64,000 nt of DNA from Podarcis erhardii. Lineage: Eukaryota. The notes under the pieces are model-generated. The model had not been told where the DNA came from. It made no database searches and saw only the letters and a program-made list of their open reading frames with translations. Within the stretch, counting starts at the first letter, position 1; every line of letters begins with the position of its first letter. The DNA lies in NCBI GenBank assembly GCA_964252035.1, contig OZ176207.1; one strand, given 5' to 3'. Of this stretch, positions 61,106-64,000 are shown piece after piece. The position numbers were made by a program, and so were the translations under genes.

Positions 61106-62360
61106 CAGAGCAGCAATCTGTTGGCAATGACAAATTCCATTGAGAATGTTTTTATAGTCTTTAATAGCATTTTTACAGATCAGTGTAGATTCAGCTAGAG
61201 TCAAATATCTGCACACTATGTGCAATATTCAACTAAGTTTTACTCAAAGCAGACCCTCTGAAAGTGATGAACATGATTAAGTTAAATCCATTAATTACTA
61301 TAGGTTTACTATGAGTAAAACCGAGTTGACTACCACCCTAGAAAATAACAGCCACACTGTAAAGCATAGCAACAATTTATAGAACAGAAATCAAGAAAGA
61401 TCTGGTCATAAACAAAAAAATCACAATGAAAAGAGCCACAAAATCTGCTTCATAGAGCTAAAACATATAACGAATGAATGCAATGATTTGAATGTTCAAA
61501 TTCTGAGCTGATTTGCAGGCAGATTTTTGAAGACCTGATTATTTTTGTTTTTTGCCTGCTGCCCAAAACACAGTAGTAAGTCAGGAAAACCTCTCTGGGT
61601 AAGGCATTCCAAAACCATGGGGTAACTTCCAAAAAGGCCTCCTTCCCTCCCTAGCTTGGAATGAGGGAAAACTCCAAGGAAGTCCTCAGCTGATGATGTC
61701 AGGGCCTGGAAAGAGTCAATTCACCTGATAACAAGGTTCTAAACCATGCAAGGCTCCCTGGGATTTGGAACTGAGCCTGGAAATTGGCCAGAATCCATTC
61801 AATAACCAGGATTTGTTTTTTATTTTATTGCAATTGAAATGGAAATGGAAATTTACTGCAGAACGTTTCTGCCTAGCTCCTTTTTATTGATGCCTCAACT
61901 GCAGGTTTTGAAATAGTTTAGTGTGATTTCCAAACCACAAGCGGGGGCTTTCCTTGGCTGAGTGTGTTCTTCACCTCTTTACAAATACATGTATCAGACG
62001 ATGCTTTTAAGGGGGAAATGGTACGTTTCAAAAAAGACGAAAAGAAGCACAGCTGAACCAAACTTCCCCTTTTTAAATTTAGAAAGCCCTGTCCCTCCCA
62101 TATTTTTAAGGATAACATGCGTGAATGCGGAATACATCCTGCCATATGTTCTTTCAGAAGGAAGACTCATGGACAGAAAGCAAGGGCTCAAGGACCATGA
62201 GCAACCTCTCCCATTAGTCACTTGAGACAGACTTCTTGTTCTGATGAAGAAGGAGACATTTCCTGGGCATCACACTCGTGCTGACAAAGCAATATTTCCA
62301 GAATACAAGGTGTATGACTGGCTTCTCTGCTTAATTTAGCTCCCAATATTTGCAGGCTAG

Positions 62361-62365
<5 letters not shown>

Positions 62366-62419
<54 letters not shown>
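62366..62419. repeat. (GA)n microsatellite
   Basis: About 27 units. Confidence 0.99.
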
Positions 62420-62421
<2 letters not shown>

Positions 62422-63140
62422 CCTCCACTGAGATGATAATTTGTGGTAAAAATTTCTGTTATATAGTGAAAGATGAATAGGAAACCCTCAAATTCCATGC
62501 TTGAAGGTTGCTCAGGTATAGGTGGGATTACGTCTCACTTTCTCTCCCAAGGCTGCTTTTCCTTGGGAAGAAAGTGGAAATCACCTCAGTTAAACACAAT
62601 TTGTTCTTTGGCTACATATTCTGAATTTCTAGTACAAATAGATATCACCCTTTGATGCTGGTTAGTCTCACAAGAACCTCAGCTTTCTGTTTTTTACAGT
62701 GCAACCCTCTACATATCAATTCAAAAAAACCCAGCTGAGGGGTTTTTTAAAAAAAATAATTTGTATTAATTTTGGAAAAGGCAAGACTATAAATTCTCAG
62801 TTCTCTTTCTAATTATGCTAGCAGATGCAAGAATTATTCCAGTGGCTGCAAACATGGGTAAATATAACATATAGTAGTCCCCCCCAAAGCCATGCAACCC
62901 AGAGTTCCAGTCCATAAATCCATGAGTTGGCCAACACTAATAGTAAGTTCTGTGTAGAGGGCTTTCCATTTGCTTCAGTGTTCTGTGGGTGCATTTCCAC
63001 GGACAGTTCTATGTGTGCAGAGAGAGCCAGCCCTACCGTTAGACATCCACCTCAGGCAGCTGCTTTTGGGTGTTATGAAAAGGCTGCAACTTGTTAGTTG
63101 TTTAACTGTTGTATTTTTAATATCAAAGAGAGGGGATTAG

Positions 63141-63197
63141 AGGGTTGGACTAGATGAACCTCGTGGTCCCTTCTGACTCTACAGTTTTATGATTCTA
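63141..63197 (+). mobile_element. CR1 extreme 3' tail fragment
   Basis: GGGTTGGACTAGATGA..GGTCCCTTC..ACTCTACAGTTTTATGATTCTA. Confidence 0.75.
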
Positions 63198-63408
63198 AGT
63201 ACCATGGGGATTACGCTTTCACTATCATCATATGCTGGTTTGGGATTTTTTTATTTAGATATAATTTTCTGAAAGGAACATTATTGACAGCCCATAATAA
63301 ATATTGTCGTGAAGATAAACAGGTTGGCTTTGCTGACATATTAGGAACATACAATCGGGAAATATGCACAATGTGCTGTATCCAGAATCAGTTAAGCATG
63401 CTTGAATC

Positions 63409-63704
63409 CAGTGGTGTAATATGGGTTGCCAGTACACGGGGCACAGCAAGTATTGCACCCCCTGTCAGGACCAAGCAGTGGCAATGGTGATGTGGAAGGG
63501 TCTTCCCAACAGAGGGAAGCTGGGGATTGGACAGCGGCAGCGGCCATATATTTTACTACTATTTATTTCATGAAATTTTTACACTGCTTGATTGTTATTT
63601 TTAAAAATTTCAAAGCGGTTTTTCTTTTGAAAGTTTGTGCCCCCCCAAAAAAAAATGCACCAGGGGCAACATCCCCTCTGCCCCCCTCCCATGCTTCACC
63701 ACTG
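63409..63704. mobile_element. hAT-type MITE (TIR related to 58753)
   Basis: TIR CAGTGGTGTAATATGGG / CCCATGCTTCACCACTG; perfect TSD CTTGAATC. Confidence 0.88.
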
Positions 63705-64000
63705 CTTGAATCCCATTGATTTCAATATAATCACTTCTAAATTCTGGCCTTGTGCTCACAAGCTGCAACCATGTGTCTCCTTGGTCATACTTAAGTTCCC
63801 TTGTTTTTGAAGAGTCATTAACAACATGTTACAGGGTACAGGAATTGAGCTGTTGCAATTTACTTGATATATAAGTCCTAATTCTGTACCTGTCCTTGTA
63901 AATAATCTCTCCTTTGTTAGTAAATGTGGAATTACCCATTGGAGTAAAGAGTTGAGTAAACCAGGCATGATTGGGCATTTAATCTTGGTTGCTTAAAAAA

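Noticed and set aside
61690-61718. CTGATGA..GAAA as a second hammerhead
   Set aside because: No closing pair for helix II and no helix I complementarity.

Overview
Eukaryotic, repeat-rich squamate (lizard) DNA; the Sauria-SINE subtype suggests a lacertid such as Podarcis or Lacerta (inference). There is one assembly gap (4389-4551). I could not identify any host protein-coding gene, and nearly all ORF-track entries look like noise or transposon fragments. Only a few isolated exon-like segments are offered, at low confidence. What the sequence does support is a dense, partly nested set of mobile elements: (1) a young 5'-truncated Penelope-like retroelement with an uninterrupted 266-codon frame ending in a GIY-YIG endonuclease and a minimal hammerhead ribozyme in its 3' repeat; (2) CR1 and L2 LINE 3' fragments; (3) three Sauria SINEs with target-site duplications (TSDs) and other tRNA-derived SINEs; (4) Tigger/pogo-like MITEs with TA TSDs; (5) several hAT MITE families with 8-bp TSDs; (6) an LTR-like or DIRS/Ngaro-like segment; (7) short palindromic repeats and microsatellites. 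No rRNA, true tRNA gene or CRISPR array was seen. I found no convincing new biological system. The best leads are the ribozyme-bearing Penelope copy, a template-switch micro-inversion in a CR1 copy, a 29-bp collapsed MITE and MITE-borne NRF1 motifs. Family names come from recalled consensus features, not database searches.
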